IMG/VR virus record: IMGVR_UViG_3300025944_000001 | Coordinates: 659-64,658 of that record | Source: a virus | Taxonomy: Duplodnaviria > Caudoviricetes | DNA: 64,000 nt | Strand: one strand, 5' to 3' | Part shown: in pieces, positions 8,740-18,161 of the stretch | Numbering within the stretch: the first letter of the stretch is position 1 | Layout: the number at the start of each line of letters is the position of its first letter | The notes under the pieces: generated by a model | Database searches by the model: none | What the model was told of the DNA's origin: nothing | What the model saw: the letters and a program-made list of their open reading frames with translations, nothing else | Program-made: the position numbers and the translations under genes

Positions 8740-11700
8740 TACCGCCCCTTATCGCGCCTTCCGCGCCTTCGACGCCTAGCGATTGCAACTTTACCTGTGA
8801 ATAGGCCGACCACGACAGCGCCACCTGTACCGCGTTACCGCGCAACTCGCTCGGCACCTTCCACCGTATCTCTGCGCTCTCTCCACTAATCGTGAATGTC
8901 TTGGATACCGTGGACGGGTAGCCAACCGCCGACACGGTCATCGTCACGTCGACGCTCTCCGTCGTCGTCAGCACTGCATAGGCCCGCGTAGGTCGATTCG
9001 TCCGCATTGCGTTGCGATCGGAACCGTCCTGCATGAGACCGCGCGACTTTGGGGTCGCCGTTATCGCTACCATCTTGCCGCACGCGCCCCCGCTCGTGTA
9101 GGAGCCGTTACCGGCCACGCCGACGGTGCGGGCACTGTCGCTGTAGAGACTGAAGTGCGACGAGTCCGACACTGTCGCGTAGAACGTACCATTCGCCGCC
9201 GTATTGCCCCCGACACCGCTGACGTACACGCGGTCGCCCGACGACAGTCCGTGCGACGCCGACGTGATGACAATCGGCGTCGCGTTCGTTGCGGCGGTGA
9301 CGGCCGTTATCGAGTTGACGTCGTAGTTGCCCTGGTACTTGAACATGTTCCCGGCGTTGCCGAGGAAATACAGGTCGTCTGTGTCGTTGCCGCCCGACAG
9401 GGACGCCGCCCCGGTGACCGTGAAGTTCGTGTACTTGGTCCAGCCGAGTGCCGGCTCCTGAGGCGTGTACCGGTGCGTGTCGTAGACGTAGGCGACCGTG
9501 TTCGCGGTGTCGCCTGACGTCGGCATGAACCACCAGAGGCGCTGCTGCGCGAACCGCATGGAGCCGCCCGCGTAGTACGTGGCACCTATTGCCGTTCCGC
9601 CCGTCAGCCCCGGCGCAATCAACGGCTCGATCTTCGTCGACATCTTGTCGGCACGTTCGGCACCGATATACTCGTAGACCGCATTCGGCCCCTGAAATAC
9701 GATGTGGTCCTGATAGAGCGCGTACCCGCGAGGTGCGGTCAACCCAATTCCAGCATCCCGGAGATGCGTAGACAACTGGAACCCGCTCACCGGGTCGGTA
9801 CCGGTCAGGATGTTAACCGACTTGCTCTTGAATATGGCGACGTACTGGTCGGTCGCGACCACGTTCTGTATTTTGTCGCCGCTGTTGGAAAAGACGGGGA
9901 TCTGTGCGCCCTTGATGACCGCGTTCGGGTCCGTCGGGTCGACCGTCGCCGGGAAATACAGCCCTGCCGCCGCGTCCGTCGTTAGCAGGTTCGACAGGTA
10001 GAACGTGGAGTCTTTCGCCAGCCCTACCCGGTTGTTGTAGCCACAGACGGCCGTCGCGCCCGTAGGCGGCGCTGTACGCCCACGTACGAGGACGTCCGCA
10101 CCAATCAGCGCAAGGTCAGGCGTGTTATCCGTGAAGACGCGCGTGGTCGGGTTCCAAGTGCAGTAACCGTCGGTCGACGTCCACGTATCGGTACCGTTCC
10201 ATGTCCACCCGGTCGCCCCATGCGTGCCGCCTGTCCAGCGCGGGCACTTCGCCACGAGCGCAAAGTCGGTGAACGGTGTATTGCCGGTCGGCAGCACGCC
10301 GCCGAACCGGAAGAAGTAAACGTAGTTCGCGGACGCGTTCGTCCACGCTGCCGCCGACAACTGGTACTGAGCCGCCGTCACAGTGGGTGTCAACACCGGC
10401 GTCGTAGGCGGTGACGGGTCGCTGAGAACGACGCCGTCGGTCGTTATGCCCGTCGACGCGCCCGCCGTGTCCACCGACGTATCCTGCGCTTCGGCAGCCA
10501 CGATGACATAGTCGACATCGCCAATGGTGAGGTTGCCCGCACTGGTGAACGGGCCGAGCGCGAACAATGCGGCACCGTCGCTACCGATGGCGATATCCGA
10601 GATGAAGACAATGGACACCTGCGCGATGCCCGTCAACTGGGCGCTAGTCAGCGATGATACGTCGATTGCGTACGTCACGCCGTCGGCCTGTACTACCGCC
10701 TCGTTGGTGAAGGCGGTACCGGTGGAGTTCGTCAGCCCAAGCCGGAACCGAAGCCCCGTTATCGTGCTGATGGGGTTGACGACGATTGCTGTGTGTGAGT
10801 AGGACGCGAACGAGGTAGCAAGCGCCTTGATAGCGGTCCCGCCGCTGATGTAGGTGGCGTTCGTCGTGACGCCGGTCGTCAGGCCCGAATCCGTGTAAAG
10901 TTTGAACGTGTTGGTAGCCACGCCGCCAACGTAGAATACGCCGTTTGCGGCCGTGTTGCCGAGTACGTCATGAATGATAATTAAGTCGCCGTTGCTGTAC
11001 CCGTGGCTGGCGCTCGTGACCTGAAGGACACCGCCCGAATCGGCCGCGCCGGTGATCGTCTTCGCCGTCGCGCCAACTGCGATGAAGTCCTTTGACAGCC
11101 GCATGCCGCCGACCTGTGCCGTCGACACCATGGGCGCGATGTTGAGCGGGGTCAACAGGCGGGCGTCGACCGACACGTGCCCGGTGGACGCCGACGCGAA
11201 CGCCACGGCCCCCGGTGTTGCGGTGTTGCCGTTGCCGACGATCGGGTACAGGGCAAGCCGCGAGATCCACGGGCCATTATCGCCAGGGTGGTTCTTTGCC
11301 CCTGCTGTGTAACTGACGCCAAGCGAGCGTATCGCCGTGTCGACGTCGCCAAACGCTACGACGTTCGCCAGCGTGACGAGGTGGTAGCCTATCGACGTGG
11401 TCGCGAGGTTGACCGTGCGCACCGATAGCAGGTTCGTTCCGGCCGTGTCGGAATAGGCGCTGACTGCGACGTCGATCGAGTCGTCGGTCGTCGACGCAAT
11501 CATGGTCAACTGCACGAGGAAATGAGTCGCGTACCGGCTCTTGTCGTTAACCAACTGCACGTTCGGAACAGCCGTCGTCAGCCGGAACGAAGACGGCGGG
11601 TTATCCATCTGGATATACTTGACGCCGGGGTCGAAGTCGGACGGCGAACCGGGCATCGTGGCCGTCGTGTCGAACGACCCGCGAGGCGTGTCCAGCGGGC

Positions 11701-12613
11701 CAGTGACGGGCGTCCAGCCGCCGCCTGCGCTGCCGACGCTCGACCACGAGAGATACTGCCCCTGCTGAGGCAAGAGGTTCGTCGCGCCAACCGCCGACAG
11801 GTTCGTCGTGGTGCCGAGCCGTACCGCCGAGCCGCCCGACGTGTACCCGGCGTTGCCTGTCGAGTTCGACCCGTCCATGTAGAGCAGTTGGAACGTGTTC
11901 GTCGCCACGGTCCCCACCAACCATGTCCCGTTTGCGGCCGTGGTGCCGACAACGCCCGATATGTTGACTACGTCGTTCGCGGAATACCCGTGCGAGGCCG
12001 ATGTCACGACCATGGGAGTAGCGTTTGTGACGCCCGTAATGGTCTTCGCCGCGACGGTGCCTGCGATATAGTCGGCACTCCATCCTGTTGTCGACGTGAA
12101 CGCGTCGATGGTCGTGTACGTGAGCGCGGGCGACGACGGGACCGACGGCGGCGAGAGCGCGGTCACCGCAACGGCCGTGTACGTGTTGTCGCTGTTGATG
12201 TTGACCCGGTACAGGCTCACCACGCCGTCGACGATATACAGGTACTTGCCGATATGGGCGGCGCGGGCGTTCGCTGAGACGAGGGAGAAGGAAACGGAAC
12301 CCCCGATTTGAATCTCGGCGTAGGTCATCGGAATCGGGCCGGGAACAGTGTGGTACAACTTGCCGTTGTTGACGAATACGATAGATGTCGTGCCGTCGCT
12401 TCGCAGGAAGGTGGCGAGTTGATAGGAGGGGTTGGAGGATGGTGCCGCAACGAAACACGACACCTTGCCGAGACGGGTATACATGTACCCGCCATAGGGG
12501 AACATGTTCGTCGTCTCGGCAAGGTCGTACTCGCTGATCTCGGCCGCTGCCGAGAAAACGTCGAGGCCCGCGAACCGGCGCTGCATCGTGAAACTGTTAG
12601 GGATTTGCGGCAT
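8732..12613 (-). CDS. Tail nozzle / tubular protein B-like (P22 gp10 / T7 gp12 class) with three inserted beta repeats (1293 aa)
   Basis: N-terminus RFAGLDVFS..ETTNMFPYGGYMYTRLG and propeller-like C-terminal part. Three copies of TITGVTNATPMVVTSASHGYS..DVVNISGVVGTTAANGTW..F.L..GNAGYTSGG. Confidence 0.7.
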   Translation of the reverse strand: MPQIPNSFTMQRRFAGLDVFSAAAEISEYDLAETTNMFPYGGYMYTRLGKVSCFVAAPSSNPSYQLATFLRSDGTTSIVFVNNGKLYHTVPGPIPMTYAEIQIGGSVSFSLVSANARAAHIGKYLYIVDGVVSLYRVNINSDNTYTAVAVTALSPPSVPSSPALTYTTIDAFTSTTGWSADYIAGTVAAKTITGVTNATPMVVTSASHGYSANDVVNISGVVGTTAANGTWLVGTVATNTFQLLYMDGSNSTGNAGYTSGGSAVRLGTTTNLSAVGATNLLPQQGQYLSWSSVGSAGGGWTPVTGPLDTPRGSFDTTATMPGSPSDFDPGVKYIQMDNPPSSFRLTTAVPNVQLVNDKSRYATHFLVQLTMIASTTDDSIDVAVSAYSDTAGTNLLSVRTVNLATTSIGYHLVTLANVVAFGDVDTAIRSLGVSYTAGAKNHPGDNGPWISRLALYPIVGNGNTATPGAVAFASASTGHVSVDARLLTPLNIAPMVSTAQVGGMRLSKDFIAVGATAKTITGAADSGGVLQVTSASHGYSNGDLIIIHDVLGNTAANGVFYVGGVATNTFKLYTDSGLTTGVTTNATYISGGTAIKALATSFASYSHTAIVVNPISTITGLRFRLGLTNSTGTAFTNEAVVQADGVTYAIDVSSLTSAQLTGIAQVSIVFISDIAIGSDGAALFALGPFTSAGNLTIGDVDYVIVAAEAQDTSVDTAGASTGITTDGVVLSDPSPPTTPVLTPTVTAAQYQLSAAAWTNASANYVYFFRFGGVLPTGNTPFTDFALVAKCPRWTGGTHGATGWTWNGTDTWTSTDGYCTWNPTTRVFTDNTPDLALIGADVLVRGRTAPPTGATAVCGYNNRVGLAKDSTFYLSNLLTTDAAAGLYFPATVDPTDPNAVIKGAQIPVFSNSGDKIQNVVATDQYVAIFKSKSVNILTGTDPVSGFQLSTHLRDAGIGLTAPRGYALYQDHIVFQGPNAVYEYIGAERADKMSTKIEPLIAPGLTGGTAIGATYYAGGSMRFAQQRLWWFMPTSGDTANTVAYVYDTHRYTPQEPALGWTKYTNFTVTGAASLSGGNDTDDLYFLGNAGNMFKYQGNYDVNSITAVTAATNATPIVITSASHGLSSGDRVYVSGVGGNTAANGTFYATVSDSSHFSLYSDSARTVGVAGNGSYTSGGACGKMVAITATPKSRGLMQDGSDRNAMRTNRPTRAYAVLTTTESVDVTMTVSAVGYPSTVSKTFTISGESAEIRWKVPSELRGNAVQVALSWSAYSQVKLQSLGVEGAEGAIRGGNG

Positions 12614-12633
12614 GTGAGGGGTAAAATCTGGAT

Positions 12634-12831
12634 ATGAATAACTCGTGGTCAGATATAGCTAGCTGCCCGGTGCTGCCATCGCCGGCCGAGTTCATTCGGG
12701 AATACCACGCACGTACTGGTGGCACCCCTTCGTGGAATAAGGTTGCAATGGCAACACAAAGCGGCTTTTTCGAAATCTGTTTAGCGCTGACGGAATACCA
12801 ATGTGAGGTTAAGAGAATCAAAGCGCCCTAA
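12634..12831 (+). CDS. Hypothetical 65-aa protein inserted antisense in the tail operon
   Basis: Fills an otherwise empty AT-richer gap; TAAAAT at 12622-12627 lies just upstream of the ATG (possibly leaderless); ends in a GC hairpin. Confidence 0.45.
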   Translation: MNNSWSDIASCPVLPSPAEFIREYHARTGGTPSWNKVAMATQSGFFEICLALTEYQCEVKRIKAP

Positions 12832-12900
12832 CCGAGACGAACGGCTAGGGCGCGGTCATGTTAAGCCTTCATTTGGGCGCTTTACGAAGGTTATAAGGCA

Positions 12901-13149
12901 TCACCTCACTTTTAATGTTACGGTTTGCCAGGAGTGTGGTCCGTCATGCCCACGGTCGAATGTGCACGGGCATTCTCCCATCTGCCCGTAACCGTTCTCA
13001 ATTTCACACTTCAAAACAATAACTGGCTGCTTAGACTGCCCTGTATACTTTTTGCCAGCCTCAACGGTGTGCCATTTAATAATCCGTTCCACCAAAGAAG
13101 TAAACGGCGATAACACTTCCATTTGAGATATCGTAATATCGCCCATCAT
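12901..13149 (-). CDS. Hypothetical protein (82 aa)
   Basis: Coupled to the upstream adaptor gene; C-terminal CPCTFDRGHDGPHSW Cys/His motif. Confidence 0.5.
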   Translation of the reverse strand: MMGDITISQMEVLSPFTSLVERIIKWHTVEAGKKYTGQSKQPVIVLKCEIENGYGQMGECPCTFDRGHDGPHSWQTVTLKVR

Positions 13150-13886
13150 TTACCTCCACTCATCGGCGGAGTCGGGAAGTGCGCCTTGCGGATGCGAAGG
13201 TCGATCTTGTTCCACAGGTCCATCCTCCCCTGGTCGTAAAGCCCCTGCCACACGGGCGCACGCATCGCCAGCGACTCGTCTTCGAGGTTCTTCTGCGCCA
13301 CCTTCGCCGCCGCGTACCAAACGAGCAGATGCGTCAGGTCGTCCGGTATCCAGGCGAGCGTATCGGTCGCTGCCGCGAGCGGTTTTGGCACGGCGTACCC
13401 GTCGATGGTCACCGTCGCGCTCGATGTCGTCGGCTTCGCGTAGAGGCCGATGCTCATTTCGCCATCACGGTACCAGTAGGTCGGCGCGGCATTGGCCGTC
13501 ACCATCCAGTCGGGGTCGCTCCGCTCAAGCGCCGAGCGGTCACAGTAGCGCAGGCCAACGGTCTGACTGCCGTACTTGACGCCTCTCACGGTCCAGAGCA
13601 CGTTTCCGGTGGTCGTCGGCGTGAAGTCGCTGATGAGATGCGTACGCTCGCCCGCTAGCCACGTATAGGTACCGGTTTCCGGCACTGGGTAGCACGTACG
13701 CGCCAGTTCCGCCGCCGCCTCATTCAGCAACGCCTTAGCCGTCGATGCGGTCGAGCCCGACGTCGTAATACCCGCAATCGTCGCACCACCCGCTGCGCCC
13801 GCGCGGAGGTCGAGGGCCGTGGTGTCGTAGGACTCCCCGAGCAGGTTTAAAAGCGACTTTTCAAGGTCAAGGAGTTGCAGGGCCAT
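13146..13886 (-). CDS. Head-tail adaptor / tail tubular A-like protein (246 aa)
   Basis: PTYWYRDGEMSIGLYAKP..IDGYAVP..IPDDLTHLLVWYAA pattern of podophage adaptors; position after capsid genes. Confidence 0.6.
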   Translation of the reverse strand: MALQLLDLEKSLLNLLGESYDTTALDLRAGAAGGATIAGITTSGSTASTAKALLNEAAAELARTCYPVPETGTYTWLAGERTHLISDFTPTTTGNVLWTVRGVKYGSQTVGLRYCDRSALERSDPDWMVTANAAPTYWYRDGEMSIGLYAKPTTSSATVTIDGYAVPKPLAAATDTLAWIPDDLTHLLVWYAAAKVAQKNLEDESLAMRAPVWQGLYDQGRMDLWNKIDLRIRKAHFPTPPMSGGK

Positions 13887-14594
13887 TTAATAACTCCAGT
13901 ACGCCCACGCAGGCGACAGGGACGCGCGCACAACGTCCTGGTAGAACGTCGCAGCGGCGCTTTCGGCCGAACCGCGCAATCGGCGGTACCGGCCTTCGAG
14001 GACCGGCAACACGCGAATCGCCTTCTGCACCTCGCGGTCGTCGTCGCTCGTGAGCATCTGGTTCGCCATGTCGATAGCCGCGCCGTAGACGATGGCCTCG
14101 TGGCACCACGTCGGCAGCGGGCATTCCGTCGCATCCGCCGCCCATGTCGAGATGCCCGATACGTTCGTCTGCGCGTAGCCCTCGAACTTCAGGCCGCTCG
14201 ATGTCGTGAAGTTCGGCGTCGGATAAAGCAGGAACCGATTCGCACCCTCAAAGACGATGTACTGCAACGTGGAATTTGACGGGTTGTTGCGCCAATTCGA
14301 AACGGTCAGGTCCATCTTTTGCGGCGTCGACGGGTAGAGCGGTTGCCAGTTGCTCGACGAGTCGAGCCAGTACGCGCCCTTGAGTTTGTACATGGTCGGT
14401 GCGCAGTACTCGGCCTGGTCGGTCGTCACGTCGCCGGTTTCGCTGGTCCAGTAGCAATCCATCCCCGGACCCGCGAACTCGTCCGTGACGCGGTTCAAGG
14501 CGCTGTCCGTGGCGAACGGATCGCCGTACGCGCTATCTCCGATCGACAGGCCGAGCAACTGCGCTATTCGGACCTTTATCGCGCCTCTAGTCAA
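13887..14594 (-). CDS. Second adaptor paralogue (235 aa)
   Basis: FLLYPTPN..LKFEGY..CPLPTWCHEAIVYGAA mirrors the adjacent 246-aa protein; TTG start after AGGGAG. Confidence 0.6.
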   Translation of the reverse strand: MTRGAIKVRIAQLLGLSIGDSAYGDPFATDSALNRVTDEFAGPGMDCYWTSETGDVTTDQAEYCAPTMYKLKGAYWLDSSSNWQPLYPSTPQKMDLTVSNWRNNPSNSTLQYIVFEGANRFLLYPTPNFTTSSGLKFEGYAQTNVSGISTWAADATECPLPTWCHEAIVYGAAIDMANQMLTSDDDREVQKAIRVLPVLEGRYRRLRGSAESAAATFYQDVVRASLSPAWAYWSY

Positions 14595-14607
14595 GTATTT
14601 ACTCCCT

Positions 14608-15144
14608 TTAGGCGACCGTGTAGTAAATGTACACGTTGCCGACGAGACCGGTCAGCGCGGAACCGCCTACCGACGAACCTGTCAGCCACTTCCCTGTTGC
14701 AAGTTTCTGTGACCCTCGACCATTCGTTCCATTGGCGACACCGCCGTCTAGCAACGACGCGTAACTGCCGTCGAAGCACCCGGTACCTTAATGCACATCC
14801 AGCCCATCGAGCATATTGTCTGATAATGTAGTCGCGTTGGTCGATGTCGTACCGATGTCGAGAGTTGCGGCACCTGTCGAAATGGTCGTCACGTCGACTA
14901 TGACACGGTGAATAATGATGCTACCGGTTTCAGGATTGGGCCACGAGAAGCACCCACCAGCCGTGGCGACCGCTGCGAGTGCGACCTTTACAACGTGGAT
15001 AAAACCGTTCTCAGTCGTTGCTGCCTTATGGACCGCTGCTAGGTCAGCCGCCGTGACCGTGGTCGACGTATCGTGCGCGCCGGCCCCGAGTATCTGGAGG
15101 ATCTGGCTAAACGTCTCGTCGCCCTGATAAACACCTTGGTACAT
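14608..15144 (-). pseudogene. Virion structural protein interrupted by an in-frame TAA at 14788-14790 (118 + 59 codons)
   Basis: Frame continues past the stop: DGLDVH*GTGCFDGSYASLLDGGVANGTNGRGSQKLATGKWLTGSSVGGSALTGLVGNVYIYYTVA, ending TAA 14608 just before the next RBS. Confidence 0.65.
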
Positions 15145-15153
15145 GGTGGCTCC

Positions 15154-15738
15154 TTACGCCTTTGCGAACGCGGTAACTGAGAGGTCGAACGATTCCGCTC
15201 CCGGTACTGCTCCGTCGACGTTGACTGTGCGGACACGTAGGCGGTCGCCAAACATGGACGGGCGAACCGTGTTAACCGCCGCATCGCTCGTAATGTTGAT
15301 ACAGGCGGTACCCGCCGCACCGGCCGGGTCGAGTGTCGCCATATACTTCTTGGCCCCGCCGTTCCCGAGGATCTGCGGGAAGTGAACGACGTTGAACCAT
15401 GTCGTACCGTCGAATGAGGAGTCAATATAGACGTCCATCGTGTCGTCAACAGCGTTCGCGGCGGCAGTCACGTTCAGGAGAACTTGGACCTGCTTGTACT
15501 TACCGAGAGAAGTTACGGCTGTGTTGTTGACGGTACCCGGTGCCGTGATGGTTGTAGCGGCGAGCAGCGTCACCAAAGCGTTCGACACGCCGGTACCGAT
15601 TGTAAACCCACCGCTCCCGTCAACCTGCAACGCGACCGTGTTACCGCTGCCGTCGAGCCCGCCGAACAGTATCGGGTTGCCCCCGGCACTGCCCGATCCG
15701 ACCGGCCCCTCGACCGTGAAATTAGCGATTGTCGTCAT
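15154..15738 (-). CDS. Putative capsid decoration / virion protein (194 aa)
   Basis: Beta-rich jelly-roll-like composition within the head operon. Confidence 0.55.
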   Translation of the reverse strand: MTTIANFTVEGPVGSGSAGGNPILFGGLDGSGNTVALQVDGSGGFTIGTGVSNALVTLLAATTITAPGTVNNTAVTSLGKYKQVQVLLNVTAAANAVDDTMDVYIDSSFDGTTWFNVVHFPQILGNGGAKKYMATLDPAGAAGTACINITSDAAVNTVRPSMFGDRLRVRTVNVDGAVPGAESFDLSVTAFAKA

Positions 15739-16454
15739 TTAGCGTCTCCATGCTTCAGAGTCATTTCTGCGGCCGTGCCACAACCCATGCACACGCACCG
15801 TATCGCGCCTTCGGCTGTCATGCCTTCCATCCGGTATTCCGCGCGCCCACAGTTCGGAGCGAGGCAGTTGAACAGGCGCATTAGCTCACTGCGCTGGTGC
15901 CCGACGGCTGCGACCTTCTGCACGATGAACTCGACGTGCGCCTCGGCCCCTGTCTCCGTTTGGTCGCAAAGGTCGCCGAGGTCGTAGTCGTAGCCGGTGT
16001 CGATCGTACGCAGCGATACGAGGCGATGCCCCGGCAGCAGTCTAATCAGGTCGACGACGTTCTTGCTCACCATCGACCACGATTCGGACTTAGACGCCGT
16101 GTACGTAAACTTGTGGTCACCATTGAAGAGTGACGGCCATACGCCCTGCTCGTACAGGTCTTCATCTGGCACGGCCACGATGAGATAGCCACCCGGCTTG
16201 AGGACGCGCCACCAGTTGAGGAGCGCTTCGAGCGGGTCGCGCATGTGCTCAAGGCAATGGGAGGAGTAAACGGTGTCGTAAAAAGCAGAAGGGACGCTCT
16301 CAAGTTTCTGAGCGTCCCCATTGTCCAAGTCCCAACCGTCCGCATCGGGCGTTATCTTGTCGTCACCGCACCCGATGTCGAGTACCTTGCCACGTAGGAA
16401 GCGGTCGAAGCCTTCGGCCTCGCGGCGGGCGCGGCTCTTGCTAGTTTCCTGCAT
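15735..16454 (-). CDS. Class I SAM-dependent methyltransferase with C-terminal Cys motif (239 aa)
   Basis: VLDIGCGDD motif I; FYDTVYSSHCLEHM..WWRVLKPGGYL is typical of Methyltransf_11-like enzymes. Confidence 0.85.
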   Translation of the reverse strand: MQETSKSRARREAEGFDRFLRGKVLDIGCGDDKITPDADGWDLDNGDAQKLESVPSAFYDTVYSSHCLEHMRDPLEALLNWWRVLKPGGYLIVAVPDEDLYEQGVWPSLFNGDHKFTYTASKSESWSMVSKNVVDLIRLLPGHRLVSLRTIDTGYDYDLGDLCDQTETGAEAHVEFIVQKVAAVGHQRSELMRLFNCLAPNCGRAEYRMEGMTAEGAIRCVCMGCGTAAEMTLKHGDAK

Positions 16455-17754
16455 TCAGCGCCTCCGCAACTTCAGCGAGCACCGGCCCCCACCCTTCGCC
16501 GTACGACTTCTGCCGGAACAGGCGCGCCGACGGGTACCACGGCGACGTTGTCGGATGATTTAGGCACCACCGCCAGTCAGTCGCGTACCGTATCAGAATC
16601 CAGACCGGCTTACCCATGGCCCCGGCGAGGTGCGCGACGCTCGTGTCGACGGTGATGACGAGGTCGAGCGAGGCGATGAGCGCGGCCGTCTCCGTGAAGG
16701 TGGGAATGTCGAGGTTTACGAAGTTCGGTACTTCGGGCAGTCTAACGGCAGGGTTGATGCTATAGAACGAGCATGGCGACCCTAAAACAGTATCAAAAAA
16801 AACATCGTCAGTAATCGATCGTTTTGCGTCGTCAGTGTGTCCCGCATAACCTCGCCAGCAGACTCCAACTTTTTTACGCCCTGTTGACGGCAACTCCATC
16901 GGAGCTATGCTGATATACGGTTCGGGCGCGAACTGCGCTTCGTCGTTAAGACCCATGATGTAGGGTAGGCTCATGATCCCCGCGTGACGAAACGGCCCAT
17001 CGATCGGGACGCTGTAGCCAACCGATGGCTGGTACACCTCGTCGGCTATGCCGAGGTCAAGGAACAGTGGCACGAGTTCGCGCTGCACTTCAAGCACAAT
17101 GCGAGCGGCATGTGATCGTTCCCGCGCCAACTTCACGAACCGGACGAACTGTATCGTGTCGCCTAGCCCCTGCTCGGCCCACAGGAACAGCGTTTCGCCG
17201 GGGATCGGCTCACCGTTCCATCGCGGCATCACGGATCGGCCTCGCTGATGCTGCAAAAATCTGTATTCGTACTCGCGCCACCCGCCCGCGTAGTTGCCGT
17301 GCAGAAGGTTGTAGAGCGAGCGGTTGAAGCACACGGCGGGAGCGTGCGGTGCGAGCACGTCGGCGCGGTCGTAGCAGCGCTTCGCGTTCTCCTGCTGCCC
17401 GAGGTTGCCGTACGCGGCACCGGCGAGCAACCACCCTTCCGGGTTCGACGGCTCAAGCGCGCAGGCACGTAGTGAAAACTTTAAATCGTCCTCGTAGCGG
17501 CCCAAACGGGCGAGGCAGTCGGCGTATTCGCGTAGGTACGTCGGTTCGTCCGGTACAAGGGCGATGCATTCCGCCCACTTCGCAGACGCTTCTTCGTTCT
17601 TCTTCTGGTTGCGGAGTTCAACCGCCTCGCAGTGAAGTGCGTAGGCGGCATTCGACTTGTCGATATCAGTCGTTGCGGAAGTCATAAGAGTGGGCACCCT
17701 CCTACGATGCCCTGTTATGTTAAGCCCTGCCGCTGTAGGAGAGCGACAGGACAT
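16441..17754 (-). CDS. TPR-repeat glycosyltransferase (GT-B, GT9-like C-terminus) (437 aa)
   Basis: N-terminal TPRs, then LWAEQGLGDTIQFVRF, KVGVCWRG and TAALIASLDLVITVDTSVAHLAGAMGKPVWIL..DWRW..SPWYPSARLFRQ. Confidence 0.85.
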   Translation of the reverse strand: MSCRSPTAAGLNITGHRRRVPTLMTSATTDIDKSNAAYALHCEAVELRNQKKNEEASAKWAECIALVPDEPTYLREYADCLARLGRYEDDLKFSLRACALEPSNPEGWLLAGAAYGNLGQQENAKRCYDRADVLAPHAPAVCFNRSLYNLLHGNYAGGWREYEYRFLQHQRGRSVMPRWNGEPIPGETLFLWAEQGLGDTIQFVRFVKLARERSHAARIVLEVQRELVPLFLDLGIADEVYQPSVGYSVPIDGPFRHAGIMSLPYIMGLNDEAQFAPEPYISIAPMELPSTGRKKVGVCWRGYAGHTDDAKRSITDDVFFDTVLGSPCSFYSINPAVRLPEVPNFVNLDIPTFTETAALIASLDLVITVDTSVAHLAGAMGKPVWILIRYATDWRWCLNHPTTSPWYPSARLFRQKSYGEGWGPVLAEVAEALNAGN

Positions 17755-17756
17755 CT

Positions 17757-18140
17757 TTAGCCGGGGATTGCCGAGTCGATCTCGACCTTGTAGATCCCGA
17801 CCGGTGTTCCTGTGCTAGCCGACAGCGTACCGACCACGCGAATATGCGTGTACGGGCGCTCGGCGTACATGTGCAGGTCGAGGACGCCTGCCGCCGCGAC
17901 GGTCGTGTACGTCAGCGGGACCGCGTACACCGAATCGATGTAGGTCGTTCCGTCGGTCGATTTCTGCTGCTTGAACGTCATAACCGAACCGGCAGTGGTC
18001 GACGATACGCCGCTGTAGAGGATTCGGGCGGATAGACCGCGACGGGGTGTACCCGTTTTGGTGTCGTAATCCGGCCCGTTCGTCGCGCCCGTCGAGAGAG
18101 TGGATGTTGTGAGCAATGTCACATTGGCATCTGCTGGCAT
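17757..18140 (-). CDS. Putative capsid decoration protein (127 aa)
   Basis: T/S-rich beta protein immediately downstream of the capsid gene. Confidence 0.55.
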   Translation of the reverse strand: MPADANVTLLTTSTLSTGATNGPDYDTKTGTPRRGLSARILYSGVSSTTAGSVMTFKQQKSTDGTTYIDSVYAVPLTYTTVAAAGVLDLHMYAERPYTHIRVVGTLSASTGTPVGIYKVEIDSAIPG

Positions 18141-18161
18141 TTCGTTGTCCTTTCTCGCGGA

